A DNA stretch of 64,000 nt from Actinomycetota bacterium (GTDB lineage: Bacteria > Actinomycetota > UBA4738 > HRBIN12). Both the position numbers and the translations under genes were made by a program. The stretch lies in NCBI GenBank assembly GCA_035463115.1, contig DATHTO010000139.1, forward strand, positions 3,461 to 67,460, written 5' to 3'. Below, in pieces: positions 56,400 through 64,000 of the stretch. The stretch's first letter is position 1. Every line of letters begins with the position of its first letter. A model generated the notes under the pieces. It had not been told where the DNA came from. It was given only the letters and a program-made list of their open reading frames with translations, and made no database searches.

Positions 56400-56599
56400 C
56401 GCTCCGCGCCTCCGCTGATCACCGGTCGGATCTCGATCTCCTCGCCGTCGTCGACGCGGGTCTCACGCGTGACGAGCTCCCCTGCACGGATCACGAGGAC
56501 GGTGTCGGGGTTCACGCCGAGCTCGGCCAGCACGTCGCGCACGGCGCGGCCGCCCGCGACGTCGACCTCGCGGTCGGGGTTCCGGAGCCTGACCTTCAC
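56396..56599 (-). CDS. ThiS/MoaD/TtuB-like ubiquitin-fold sulfur carrier with a GG-AER C-terminus
   Basis: 67 aa from GTG 56599, ending ...DDGEEIEIRPVISGGAER. ATGA overlap with the ttuA-like gene. Confidence 0.65.
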   Translation of the reverse strand: MKVRLRNPDREVDVAGGRAVRDVLAELGVNPDTVLVIRAGELVTRETRVDDGEEIEIRPVISGGAER

Positions 56600-56695
56600 C
56601 GGCTCAGGCTAGCGCAGCCGCCCGGACCGCCGACGCACGGCGCGTGCGACCGCGACCCTCGCCCCCGCACCGGGCCGATCCGCAGGACCCGCGGA

Positions 56696-57799
56696 TCACG
56701 GGAGGTCGTCGACGGGCAGCGGACGCGTTCCGAGCGTCACCTGCACGGTCTCTCGCTCGCCGTCGGAGCGCACGACGACGACGTCGACGACGTCCCCGGG
56801 ACGAAGGTCCGCGAGGACCTCCTGGAGCCTGACCGAGGTATCGATCTCGCGTCCGTCGATCTCGAGGATCACGTCGCCCTGTTCGATCCCGGCTTCTTCG
56901 GCGGGGCCGTCACCGGTGGTTCCGAGGACGACGACGCCGTCCTCCACCGGCAGGTCGAGCTCGAACGCGACGTCGGCATCGTTGTCGCGCGTCGAGACGC
57001 CGAGGTACGCGGCCGCGGCGAGCGGCTCCTCGATCGACTCCTCGATGACGGGCTTCGCCCGGTCGATCGGGATCGCGAAGCCGATGTTCTCCGCGCCGTC
57101 GTTGCCGGCCGTGTTGATGCCGATGACCCGGCCCTGCATGTCGACGAGGGGGCCGCCGGAGTTCCCGGGATTGATCGCGGCGTCGGTCTGGATCACGCTC
57201 GGATACGTCCGGACGCCCTCGGGGCACGCCGATTCGGGGCACCCGGGATCCTGCGCCTGGATCGTGCGGTCCAGCGACGACACGATGCCGGTCGTCACGG
57301 TCGGGCCTCCTTCGAGCCCCAGGGCGTAGCCGAGCGCGACGACGCGTTGACCGAGGCGCACCGCGGTCGAGTCGGCCAGCGCGACGGTCGGCAGGGACGC
57401 GTCGGGCACATCGAGGACCGCGAGGTCGTTCTCGCAGTCGCCGCCGATCACCCGTGCGTCGAAGCGCTCGGGCCGCTCGTCCGACGACGAGACGATGATC
57501 CGCGAGGCCCCTTCGATCACGTGGCAGTTCGTCACGACCACACCGTCGGCGACCACGAAGCCGGTCCCCACGCCCTGGCCTTCGGTGAAATCGGCGCGGA
57601 ACACGTCGGTCGTCACGCTGACGACCGACGGGAGCACCCGGTCCACGACGGCGGCCACGGGTTCGCGGCTCTTCGGGATCGGTTGGGAGCTCGACCGCAG
57701 CGACGTGCCGCTGGGCGACCCGGACGTCGCGCCGAAGTCCACGGAGCACGACGCGGCCGCGAGCGCGATCACGGCGGCGAGCAGGATGGTCCGGCGCAT
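56696..57799 (-). CDS. HtrA/DegP-family serine protease with a PDZ domain (probable lipoprotein)
   Basis: ATG 57799 lies 4 nt after GGAGGA. The signal/lipobox region reads MRRTILLAAVIALAAASC. The catalytic triad contexts are TNCHVI, NDLAVL, and GNSGGP. A PDZ domain sits at the C-terminus. Confidence 0.85.
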   Translation of the reverse strand: MRRTILLAAVIALAAASCSVDFGATSGSPSGTSLRSSSQPIPKSREPVAAVVDRVLPSVVSVTTDVFRADFTEGQGVGTGFVVADGVVVTNCHVIEGASRIIVSSSDERPERFDARVIGGDCENDLAVLDVPDASLPTVALADSTAVRLGQRVVALGYALGLEGGPTVTTGIVSSLDRTIQAQDPGCPESACPEGVRTYPSVIQTDAAINPGNSGGPLVDMQGRVIGINTAGNDGAENIGFAIPIDRAKPVIEESIEEPLAAAAYLGVSTRDNDADVAFELDLPVEDGVVVLGTTGDGPAEEAGIEQGDVILEIDGREIDTSVRLQEVLADLRPGDVVDVVVVRSDGERETVQVTLGTRPLPVDDLP

Positions 57800-57948
57800 C
57801 GGGTCCTCCACGGGTCGTCACGACGGGAGCGGGAACACGCCCGTCATTCGACGGTACCCGTTCCGGGGTTCGCCGATGCGGCCCGAGGACGTGCAGACGT
57901 CGAGGGCGGCCTCCTGGAGGCCCCCTCGACGCCGGACGACGGAGCGGC

Positions 57949-59139
57949 TCAGCCCGCCTGCGCGGCGAGGGAGGCCGCCGGTCGCTCCTTCCGCGGATCG
58001 ACGAAGGGGATCGCCGCCGTGCTTCCGGTCAGGTGCTCTCCGTCCTCGGTCTCGATGTCGAGCGTGGTCCCGGGCTCCGACAGCTCGATCGGGACCCAGA
58101 CGTAGCCGATGTTCTTCTTCAACCCGGGCGACCAGACCGCGTCGGTCATGTGCCCGACGCGCGTGCCGTCCTTCGACACGGACCAGTACTCGGACATCTC
58201 GGCGCGCAGCTCGTCGCCGTCGAGCTCGATCCCCACGAGCTTGCGGTCGACACCCTTCGCGCGGAGCTCCTCGAGCGCGGCCTTGCCGATGTAGTCCTGT
58301 GGCTGCTCCTCGACGAGGCGCTCCAGGCCCATGACGTGGAACGGCGTGTCCGTGAGCCGGATGTCGGACCCGTAGTTGAAGATCCCGGCCTCGATCCGGC
58401 GCGCCTCGCACGGCGCGATCGGACGGATGCCGAACTCCTCGCCGGCGTTCGCGATGGCGTTCCAGAGGTCGTCGCCGCGGGACCCGTCGAGGAGGTTCAC
58501 CTCGAAGCCGGGGATCGCGGTCCAGCCGGTCCGGCTGATGACGACCGGGATCCCGTCGATCTCGAACTCGTCGCACCAGTAGTACTTGATGTCGTAGATC
58601 GCGTCGCCCACGAGCTTCGCGAGCGTCTTCCCCGAGTCGGGCCCCTGCACCTGCATCGGATGCACGTCCGGAAGCGAGACCTCGACGTCGAGGCCGCTCG
58701 TGGCGGCCACGCCCAGCGCGTAGAGCCCCGCGTCGGAATCGGCGAGCTGCATCCACCACGTGTTCTCGCGGACGTGCAGGAGCACGGGGTCGTTCACGAT
58801 GCCGCCGTCGGGACCCGTGACGAGCATGTACTTGCCCTGCTTCACCGCACACTTCGTGAGATCGCGACACGTGATCATGTCGATCAGACGGTCGGCGTCG
58901 GGCCCGGCGATCTGCACGGTCCGCTCGACCCCGACGTCCCACATCGTGACGGCGTCGTTCAGCGCCCAGTACTCGACCTCGGGGTCGTCGTAGTAGCCCG
59001 GCAGGTACATGTGGTTGTAGATGTCGTACGCGGTGCAGCCCGCGCGCAACGTCGCCTTGAAGAAGGGCGACTGCCGGTACCAGGGCCCGAAGTACAACGT
59101 GGCGCTCTTCGCGAGCATCTCCGGCCGTTCGTTCACCAT
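57949..59139 (-). CDS. GcvT/DmdA-family aminomethyltransferase (THF-dependent demethylase-like), paralog 1
   Basis: ATG 59139 follows GGGGAG. It reads YDIYNHMYLPGYY...TMWDVGVERTVQIAGPDA...ITCRDL. The track start is GTG 59172. Confidence 0.75.
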   Translation of the reverse strand: MVNERPEMLAKSATLYFGPWYRQSPFFKATLRAGCTAYDIYNHMYLPGYYDDPEVEYWALNDAVTMWDVGVERTVQIAGPDADRLIDMITCRDLTKCAVKQGKYMLVTGPDGGIVNDPVLLHVRENTWWMQLADSDAGLYALGVAATSGLDVEVSLPDVHPMQVQGPDSGKTLAKLVGDAIYDIKYYWCDEFEIDGIPVVISRTGWTAIPGFEVNLLDGSRGDDLWNAIANAGEEFGIRPIAPCEARRIEAGIFNYGSDIRLTDTPFHVMGLERLVEEQPQDYIGKAALEELRAKGVDRKLVGIELDGDELRAEMSEYWSVSKDGTRVGHMTDAVWSPGLKKNIGYVWVPIELSEPGTTLDIETEDGEHLTGSTAAIPFVDPRKERPAASLAAQAG

Positions 59140-59321
59140 CTCCGCGCTCCCCTGTCCGTCGTCGTGACGCACGGACGCGCCCCGACCCGAGCTGAATCAT
59201 CGTTCAACCGACCGGCCCAGCGCAAGTCGAGATCGCGGCCAGCTCCTCCGGCGATGGCTGAACGGTGGTTCAGCGTACGCGCGCCAGGCGCGGTGGAACC
59301 GGAGGCGGCTCCTGACGTGAC

Positions 59322-59346
59322 GAGGGCGCCCCTGGAGGGCGCCCTC
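59322..59346 (-). terminator. 9-bp GC hairpin between the two GcvT-family paralogs
   Basis: GAGGGCGCC (59322-59330) pairs with GGCGCCCTC (59338-59346) around a 7-nt loop. It lies 20 nt downstream of the paralog-2 stop. No U-tract. Confidence 0.3.
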
Positions 59347-59366
59347 GCTGCCGGAACCGCGATCCG

Positions 59367-60527
59367 TCAGGAAACGGGGATCTGCTTGCTCGGGTCGACG
59401 AACGGCATCGGGACCACCGTCGCGTTCCGCGTTCCCCATTCGGTCTCGACGGTGACCTGCTGGCCCTCGTTCGAGCGATCGACGGGGAGCCAGCAGAAGC
59501 CGATGTTCTGGCCGAGACGGGGCGAATGGATCGCCGACGTGACCTTCCCGACGCGGGCGCCGTCGATCAGCGCCGGCCACTTCACGTTGTTCAGCGCCGG
59601 GAACGGGTCGCCGTCGAAGGTGACGCCGTTGATCTTCTTCGAGACGCCCTGCTCCTTGATCCGTGCGTAGGCCGCGATCGAGATGCAGGCGTCCTCGCTC
59701 ACGGTGTCGAGGTCGACGAGCCGGTCGAGCCCCAGCTCGAAGGCGTTCTCCTGGTACGTCATGTCGGCGCCCCAGTTGAAGATGGCGCCCTCGATCCGTC
59801 GGATGTCGCTGGGACCGGTCGGCTTGATGTTGAACTCCTGGCCGGCCTCCATGATCGCCTCGTAGACGTCGACGCCACGCGACGTGTCGGTCGTGTACAC
59901 CTCGTAGCCGACCTCCGACGTCCATCCCGTGCGCGTCACGACGACGGGCACGCCGGCGATCTTCGCCTCGGTCCAGAAGTAGTACTTGAGGTCGAGGATG
60001 CTCTCGCCGAGCAGCTTCACCATGAGGTCCTTCGACTTCGGCCCCTGGACCTGCAGCGGAGCGACGTCGGCTTCCTGGATCGTCACGTCGAGATCCGGGT
60101 AGGCGTTCTTCAACCCACGAGCGAAGAGCAGGGCGTCGCTCGACGCGAGCGCGAACCAGAACGTGTTCTCGTCCATCCGGGTCAGGACGGGGTCGTTGAT
60201 GATGCCGCCGTCGCTGTCGCAGATGAGGACGTACTTCGCCTGGCCGACGGCGCACTTCGAGAGGTCGCGCGGCGTGAGCAGCTGCGCGAACCGGAAGCCG
60301 TCGGGGCCGCTGATCTCGAGGCACCGCTCGACCGAGACGTCCCAGAGCGTCACGTCGTTCAAGAGGGCGTCGAACTCGTTCTCGAACGAGTCGAAGCGGA
60401 TCGGGAAGTACATGTGGTTGTAGACCGTGAAGCCCTTCGGTCCGTACCTCTGCGTGGCCTCGTAGTAGGGCGTCCGTCGGTTCCGGGCGCCACGCTGCAC
60501 GAGGCTCATGTCGAACGGCTCAGCCAT
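59367..60527 (-). CDS. GcvT/DmdA-family aminomethyltransferase, paralog 2
   Basis: 386 aa reading RRTPYYEATQRYGPKGFTVYNHMYFP...TLWDVSVERCLEISGPDG...LTPRDLSKC, close to the DmdA-type N-terminus as I recall it. Confidence 0.75.
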   Translation of the reverse strand: MAEPFDMSLVQRGARNRRTPYYEATQRYGPKGFTVYNHMYFPIRFDSFENEFDALLNDVTLWDVSVERCLEISGPDGFRFAQLLTPRDLSKCAVGQAKYVLICDSDGGIINDPVLTRMDENTFWFALASSDALLFARGLKNAYPDLDVTIQEADVAPLQVQGPKSKDLMVKLLGESILDLKYYFWTEAKIAGVPVVVTRTGWTSEVGYEVYTTDTSRGVDVYEAIMEAGQEFNIKPTGPSDIRRIEGAIFNWGADMTYQENAFELGLDRLVDLDTVSEDACISIAAYARIKEQGVSKKINGVTFDGDPFPALNNVKWPALIDGARVGKVTSAIHSPRLGQNIGFCWLPVDRSNEGQQVTVETEWGTRNATVVPMPFVDPSKQIPVS

Positions 60528-60550
60528 GCACCACTCCTCTCATCGGATCT

Positions 60551-60588
60551 GGTCGTCGGACCTGGTCGTCGATCCGGTCGTCGGATAT
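60551..60588. repeat. three tandem 12-13 bp direct repeats upstream of GcvT paralog 2
   Basis: GGTCGTCGGACCT, GGTCGTCGATCC and GGTCGTCGGATAT lie head to tail. A half unit (TCGGATCT) precedes them. They sit 24-61 nt upstream of ATG 60527. Confidence 0.85.
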
Positions 60589-60699
60589 CACCATGACGGC
60601 ACCGGATGTGCATGCCGCGTCGGACGAACGGGCCGTATCGTCCGTAGCCGCCCGAACCGCCGCAACGGCGACCGCTGACCATCGGTCAAGGCGCGCCGG

Positions 60700-61899
60700 T
60701 CAGACGGCGTGTTCGGCGAGCTCGTGCACCTGGGGCGGCTGGCTCGCGCGGCCGTCGAGGTAGCCCTGGGCGACCATCGCCATGAACACGTGGACCTCGT
60801 CCTCGCTGTACGCGAACGGTCCCTGACGGAAGCCCGCGCTGCGGAGGCCCCGCGTGACGGACTCGCACGCCGCCCAATCCTCTCCGTTCGTGACGTCCCA
60901 GAACTCGCGCGCGTACTCCGGTGAGAAGCCCTGGAGTTCACGGGCCTCGGGGGGGAACAGCCACAGGCACTCGACCCGGCTCTCGCTCGGTCCGATCGGT
61001 TCGATCCGGTGCGTCATCACGTAATCGGGATGCAGGCTGATCAACAGGTTCGGGAAGAGGCCGAAGTAGAAGACCTGCCGTGCCTGGTCGTCGTCGAGGC
61101 CGCGGATCCGCACGCCGTGGGACTCGCCGGTGAGCGACATCGTCCGCGCGAAGTCCTTGAGCCACATGTTGCCGCCGACCCAGAGGCCGTCGTGGGGGAA
61201 GTTCTCACCGCTGTCGACCGGCGTCACCTCGCACAGCGCCGGGTGGATCGACGGACAGTGATAGCACTCGTGGTAGTTCTCGGTGATCGTCTTCCAGTTC
61301 GCGCGGATCACATAGTCGTGGCCGGCCGCGACGAACATCCGGTCGATCTCCCAGGGAGCGAGCAGCGCGTCGAGGTTGCCCACGTACGTCTCGAACGGCG
61401 CTGCGTCGCCGCTCGCGTTGAGGAAGATCCAGCCGTTCCAGAGCGCCAGCCGAGCCTCGATCAAGGGGTGGTCGGCCTTGTCGAAGCCGGGCATGTCACC
61501 GAAGCGCGGTGCGCCCTGGAGCCGTCCGTCGAGCCCGAACACCCAGGCGTGGTACGGGCACTTGATCGCGCGCAGGTTCCGCTGCTCGCCGGGCTCGAGG
61601 AGCTCGTGGCCGCGGTGACGACACGTGTTCGAGAACGCCCGCAGCATGCCGTCGTGCCCGCGGACCACGAGGACGCCCTCGTCTCCGACGCGGAACGCCC
61701 GCTGGTCGCCGGCCGTCGAGAGATCGTCGGCGCGGCCGACGCACACCCAGCCGGCCGCGAAGAAGTGCTCCGTCTCCCACGCGAAGACGTCCTCGGACGT
61801 GTAGGCCTGCGCCGGCAACGTCCGGGCGGCCGGCAGCGTCGGCGCCAGCACGGGACGCAGGAGCGCGGGATCGATCGGGCTCGTCGTGGGTCGGGACAT
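60700..61899 (-). CDS. Rieske [2Fe-2S] non-heme-iron oxygenase, alpha subunit (GbcA/Stc2-like)
   Basis: Rieske motif CRHRGH...CPYHAW. The catalytic domain reads NWKTITENYHECYHCPSIHP. GGAGG lies upstream of the ATG. Confidence 0.85.
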   Translation of the reverse strand: MSRPTTSPIDPALLRPVLAPTLPAARTLPAQAYTSEDVFAWETEHFFAAGWVCVGRADDLSTAGDQRAFRVGDEGVLVVRGHDGMLRAFSNTCRHRGHELLEPGEQRNLRAIKCPYHAWVFGLDGRLQGAPRFGDMPGFDKADHPLIEARLALWNGWIFLNASGDAAPFETYVGNLDALLAPWEIDRMFVAAGHDYVIRANWKTITENYHECYHCPSIHPALCEVTPVDSGENFPHDGLWVGGNMWLKDFARTMSLTGESHGVRIRGLDDDQARQVFYFGLFPNLLISLHPDYVMTHRIEPIGPSESRVECLWLFPPEARELQGFSPEYAREFWDVTNGEDWAACESVTRGLRSAGFRQGPFAYSEDEVHVFMAMVAQGYLDGRASQPPQVHELAEHAV

Positions 61900-61920
61900 G
61901 GAGACACCTCCTCGTGATCC

Positions 61921-61946
61921 GGGACGTGCGATCGGGACGTGCGATC
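61921..61946. repeat. 2 x 13 bp perfect tandem repeat (plus degenerate flanking copies) upstream of the Rieske gene
   Basis: GGGACGTGCGATC occurs at 61921-61933 and at 61934-61946. It is flanked by GTGATCC and CGGACGCG partial copies, 22 nt upstream of ATG 61899. Confidence 0.85.
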
Positions 61947-62011
61947 CGGACGCGTTCGGTGGGAACGGACCGAGGTTATCCCGGTCTCCCGTCTGACCTG
62001 CACCGATGGTT

Positions 62012-62036
62012 GACCGGAGGTCGACGACCGGAGGTC
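62012..62036. repeat. direct repeat of an 11-bp mini-palindrome
   Basis: GACCGGAGGTC occurs at 62012-62022 and at 62026-62036, in the 148-bp gap between the amidohydrolase stop and the Rieske start. Confidence 0.8.
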
Positions 62037-62047
62037 AGTCGGACGCC

Positions 62048-63718
62048 TCAGGCGTCGTCCGACGCGAACACGCGCTCGCCTTCGACATACGTCAGCTGCA
62101 CGCGAGCGCTCGAGATCTCGTCGGCCGGATGCGCGAAGAGGTTCCGGTCCAGGACCACGAGGTCGGCGTACTTGCCCTCCTCGACCGAGCCGGTCACGGC
62201 GTCGAGGTGGTTGACGTAGGCGGACCCGATCGTGAAGCCCGCGATCGCCGTCGGAAGGTCGATCCGCTCGTCGGGCAGGAAGACCGTGTCGTCGTCGACG
62301 CGGTACGGGTAGTCCGCCGGCATCCGCCGGTTGACGCCGACGTGGATCTCCTCCAGCGGATCGGCCGTCGAGACCGGCCAGTCGCTGCCCATCGCGAGCA
62401 TCGCGCCGTGGCGAAGCAGGGAGCGGAACGGGTACTGCCACGTCCAGCGGGGCTCGCCGAGGAACGGGATCGTGAGCTCGTCCATCTGTGCCTCGTGCGC
62501 CGCCCAGAGCGGCTGCGCGTTCGCGACCGCGCCGAGCTCGCGGAACCGCGGCAGATCGTCGGGATGCACGACCTGGATGTGCGCGAGGTGGTGCCGTCCG
62601 TCGGACCATCCGTTCGCGCGTCGCGCGGACGCGATGGCGTCGAGCGCTTCGCGGACCGCTCGCTCGGCGAGCGCGTGGAAGTGCACCTGGAAGCCCATCG
62701 CGTCGAGGCGCGGAACCGCTTCGTCGAGGATCTCGGGATCGACGAACGAGATGCCTCGGTTGTCGGTCGCGCGTCCGTCGGCGCCGAGGTACGGCTCGAG
62801 CACGGCGGCGGTGAAGTTCTCGCAGACACCGTCCTGCATGATCTTCACGCTGGTCGGTGAGAAGCGTCCGGCGGGCCCCCTGGCCCGCCGCTCGGCGAGC
62901 GCATCGATCTGCTCGAGTCCCTTCGCGCGGTCCCACCACAGGGCTCCGATCACCCGCGCCTTCAGCGAGCCGTCAGCGCCCGCGTGGAGGTAGGCCTCGA
63001 GGTTCCGCATCTCGCCGGCCACGTCGACGATCGCGTCTTGCCACGCGGTCACGCCCCATCCGAGCATGGCGCGCTGGCCCTCGAGGAGACCCTCGATCAT
63101 CTCCTCGTCGGTGGGCTCCGGCGCCAGGTCACCGACGAGCGAGCCCGCACCCTCGTGGAGCGTCCCCTGGGGCTCCCCCTGCGCGTCCCGCTCGATCCGG
63201 CCGTCGCGCGGATCCGGCGTGTCCCGCGTGATGCCGGCGAGCTTGAGCGCGACGGAGTTCACCCACGTGCTGTGGCCGTCGCGGTTCGGCAGGCACACCG
63301 GCCGATCCGGCACGATCTCGTCGAGGAGATCCTTCGACGGGGTGCCGTTCGGGAAGGCGTCCATCGCCCATCCCCCGCCCAGGATCCACGGCACATCGGG
63401 GTTCGCCTCCGCGTACGCCCGGATCGCGTCGACGTATCCGTCGGCGGTTCCGAGGTCGTGGAGCTCGCACCGGAGCCGGTCGAGCCCTCCGGCGACCGGA
63501 TGCACGTGCGCGTCCTGGAACCCAGGGAGCAGCATGCGCCCGCCGAGGTCGACGACCTCCGTCCGGTCGCCGCGGAGCTCGGCGATCGTGTCGTCGGACC
63601 CCACGGCGACGATCCGTCCGTCGCGGACCGCGACCGCCTGCGCCCATCGCCGAGCCGCGTCGACGGTGTAGACCGCACCGTTGACGAAGATCAGATCCGC
63701 CGCGCCGTTCCGGCTCAC
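62048..63718 (-). CDS. metal-dependent amidohydrolase (amidohydrolase-3/YtcJ-like), paralog of 31867..33393
   Basis: 556 aa. GTG 63718 lies 6 nt after GGGAGGAGG. It has PGFQDAHVHP and GSDWPVSTADP. Confidence 0.8.
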   Translation of the reverse strand: MSRNGAADLIFVNGAVYTVDAARRWAQAVAVRDGRIVAVGSDDTIAELRGDRTEVVDLGGRMLLPGFQDAHVHPVAGGLDRLRCELHDLGTADGYVDAIRAYAEANPDVPWILGGGWAMDAFPNGTPSKDLLDEIVPDRPVCLPNRDGHSTWVNSVALKLAGITRDTPDPRDGRIERDAQGEPQGTLHEGAGSLVGDLAPEPTDEEMIEGLLEGQRAMLGWGVTAWQDAIVDVAGEMRNLEAYLHAGADGSLKARVIGALWWDRAKGLEQIDALAERRARGPAGRFSPTSVKIMQDGVCENFTAAVLEPYLGADGRATDNRGISFVDPEILDEAVPRLDAMGFQVHFHALAERAVREALDAIASARRANGWSDGRHHLAHIQVVHPDDLPRFRELGAVANAQPLWAAHEAQMDELTIPFLGEPRWTWQYPFRSLLRHGAMLAMGSDWPVSTADPLEEIHVGVNRRMPADYPYRVDDDTVFLPDERIDLPTAIAGFTIGSAYVNHLDAVTGSVEEGKYADLVVLDRNLFAHPADEISSARVQLTYVEGERVFASDDA

Positions 63719-63808
63719 CCGCCGCCTCCTCCCACGTCGCCCGATCGCCTCGCGCGAGCGGCGAGGACCGCCGCAGGATAGCCTCGCGGCCGCCGCGACG
63801 GAACCCGC

Positions 63809-64000
63809 TCAGGCCAGCTCGACGAGGTCCAGGTACCCGTCGTCCCAGAGGTCCCGATCGCCGTCGGGCATCAGCAGCACGCGGTCGGGCTGCAGCGCCC
63901 CGACGAACCCGGCGTCGTGGCTCACGATCACCATGGCGCCCGGCCAGTCACGGAGGGCGTCGGCGACCGCGTCGCGCGACGGCGGATCGAGGTTGTTCGT
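63809..64000 (-). CDS. ABC-F type ATP-binding protein, C-terminal end (partial)
   Basis: Not in the ORF track. The minus frame is open to the window edge and reads TNNLDPPSRDAVADALRDWPGAMVIVSHDAGFVGALQPDRVLLMPDG...LVELA, with the stop at 63809-63811. This is the EPTNxLD / VSHD pattern of ABC ATPases. Confidence 0.65.
   Translation of the reverse strand, partial: TNNLDPPSRDAVADALRDWPGAMVIVSHDAGFVGALQPDRVLLMPDGDRDLWDDGYLDLVELA

Noticed and set aside
60541-62036. The short tandem repeats as a CRISPR array or minisatellite.
   Set aside because: The units are 11-13 bp, directly abutting or 3 nt apart, with no unique spacers, and only 2-3.5 copies are present. They lie in promoter-proximal gaps and are better read as operator-like repeats.

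Overview
This is a high-GC (about 70% or more by eye), gene-dense actinobacterial chromosomal segment with roughly 70 genes. I saw no rRNA, CRISPR array, transposase or prophage. From 0.6 to 27.9 kb, almost all on the + strand, lies a housekeeping block: HAD hydrolase, tlyA, nadK, recN, pyrG, NUDIX, ald, xerD, a DksA-like gene, deoB, deoA, an M50-like gene, trpS, scpA, scpB, rluB, aroH, tyrA, aroA, cmk, der and tRNA-Pro(GGG). It continues with a CDP-alcohol phosphatidyltransferase, a zinc-ribbon FHA protein, MerR, a DD-carboxypeptidase, hpt, a bifunctional nuclease, a CAP-domain gene on the - strand, a second MerR and an endonuclease-like ORF. From 27.9 to 64 kb, mostly on the - strand, come DUF1801, a VOC-gene relic, DUF4193 with the lnt-ppm1 fusion, and an RT-like gene coupled to an amidohydrolase opposite an Lrp/AsnC regulator. 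These are followed by cysS, an M24 peptidase, helY flanked by two DAGK-like kinases, and tatA/tatC. A complete, compact Pup-proteasome locus follows (pafC, pafB, pafA, prcA, prcB, pup, dop, mpa). After it come a ttuB-like/ttuA-like/trmI operon, an HtrA lipoprotein, and a demethylation-type cluster (two GcvT/DmdA-family genes, a Rieske oxygenase and an amidohydrolase). From memory of M. tuberculosis gene order, the window joins blocks homologous to Rv1692-1713, Rv1822-1830, Rv2051c and Rv2089c-2118c. The best candidate for something undescribed is the 246-aa stand-alone reverse-transcriptase-like gene (33390..34130, - strand). It has intact catalytic motifs, is translationally coupled to a metal amidohydrolase, and sits in a self-contained two-gene unit with an SD-sequestering leader hairpin and a strong terminator. 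Many long Arg/Pro-rich ORFs in the track are antisense shadows of real genes and were rejected. All calls come from reading the sequence and recalling motifs; no database search was run.
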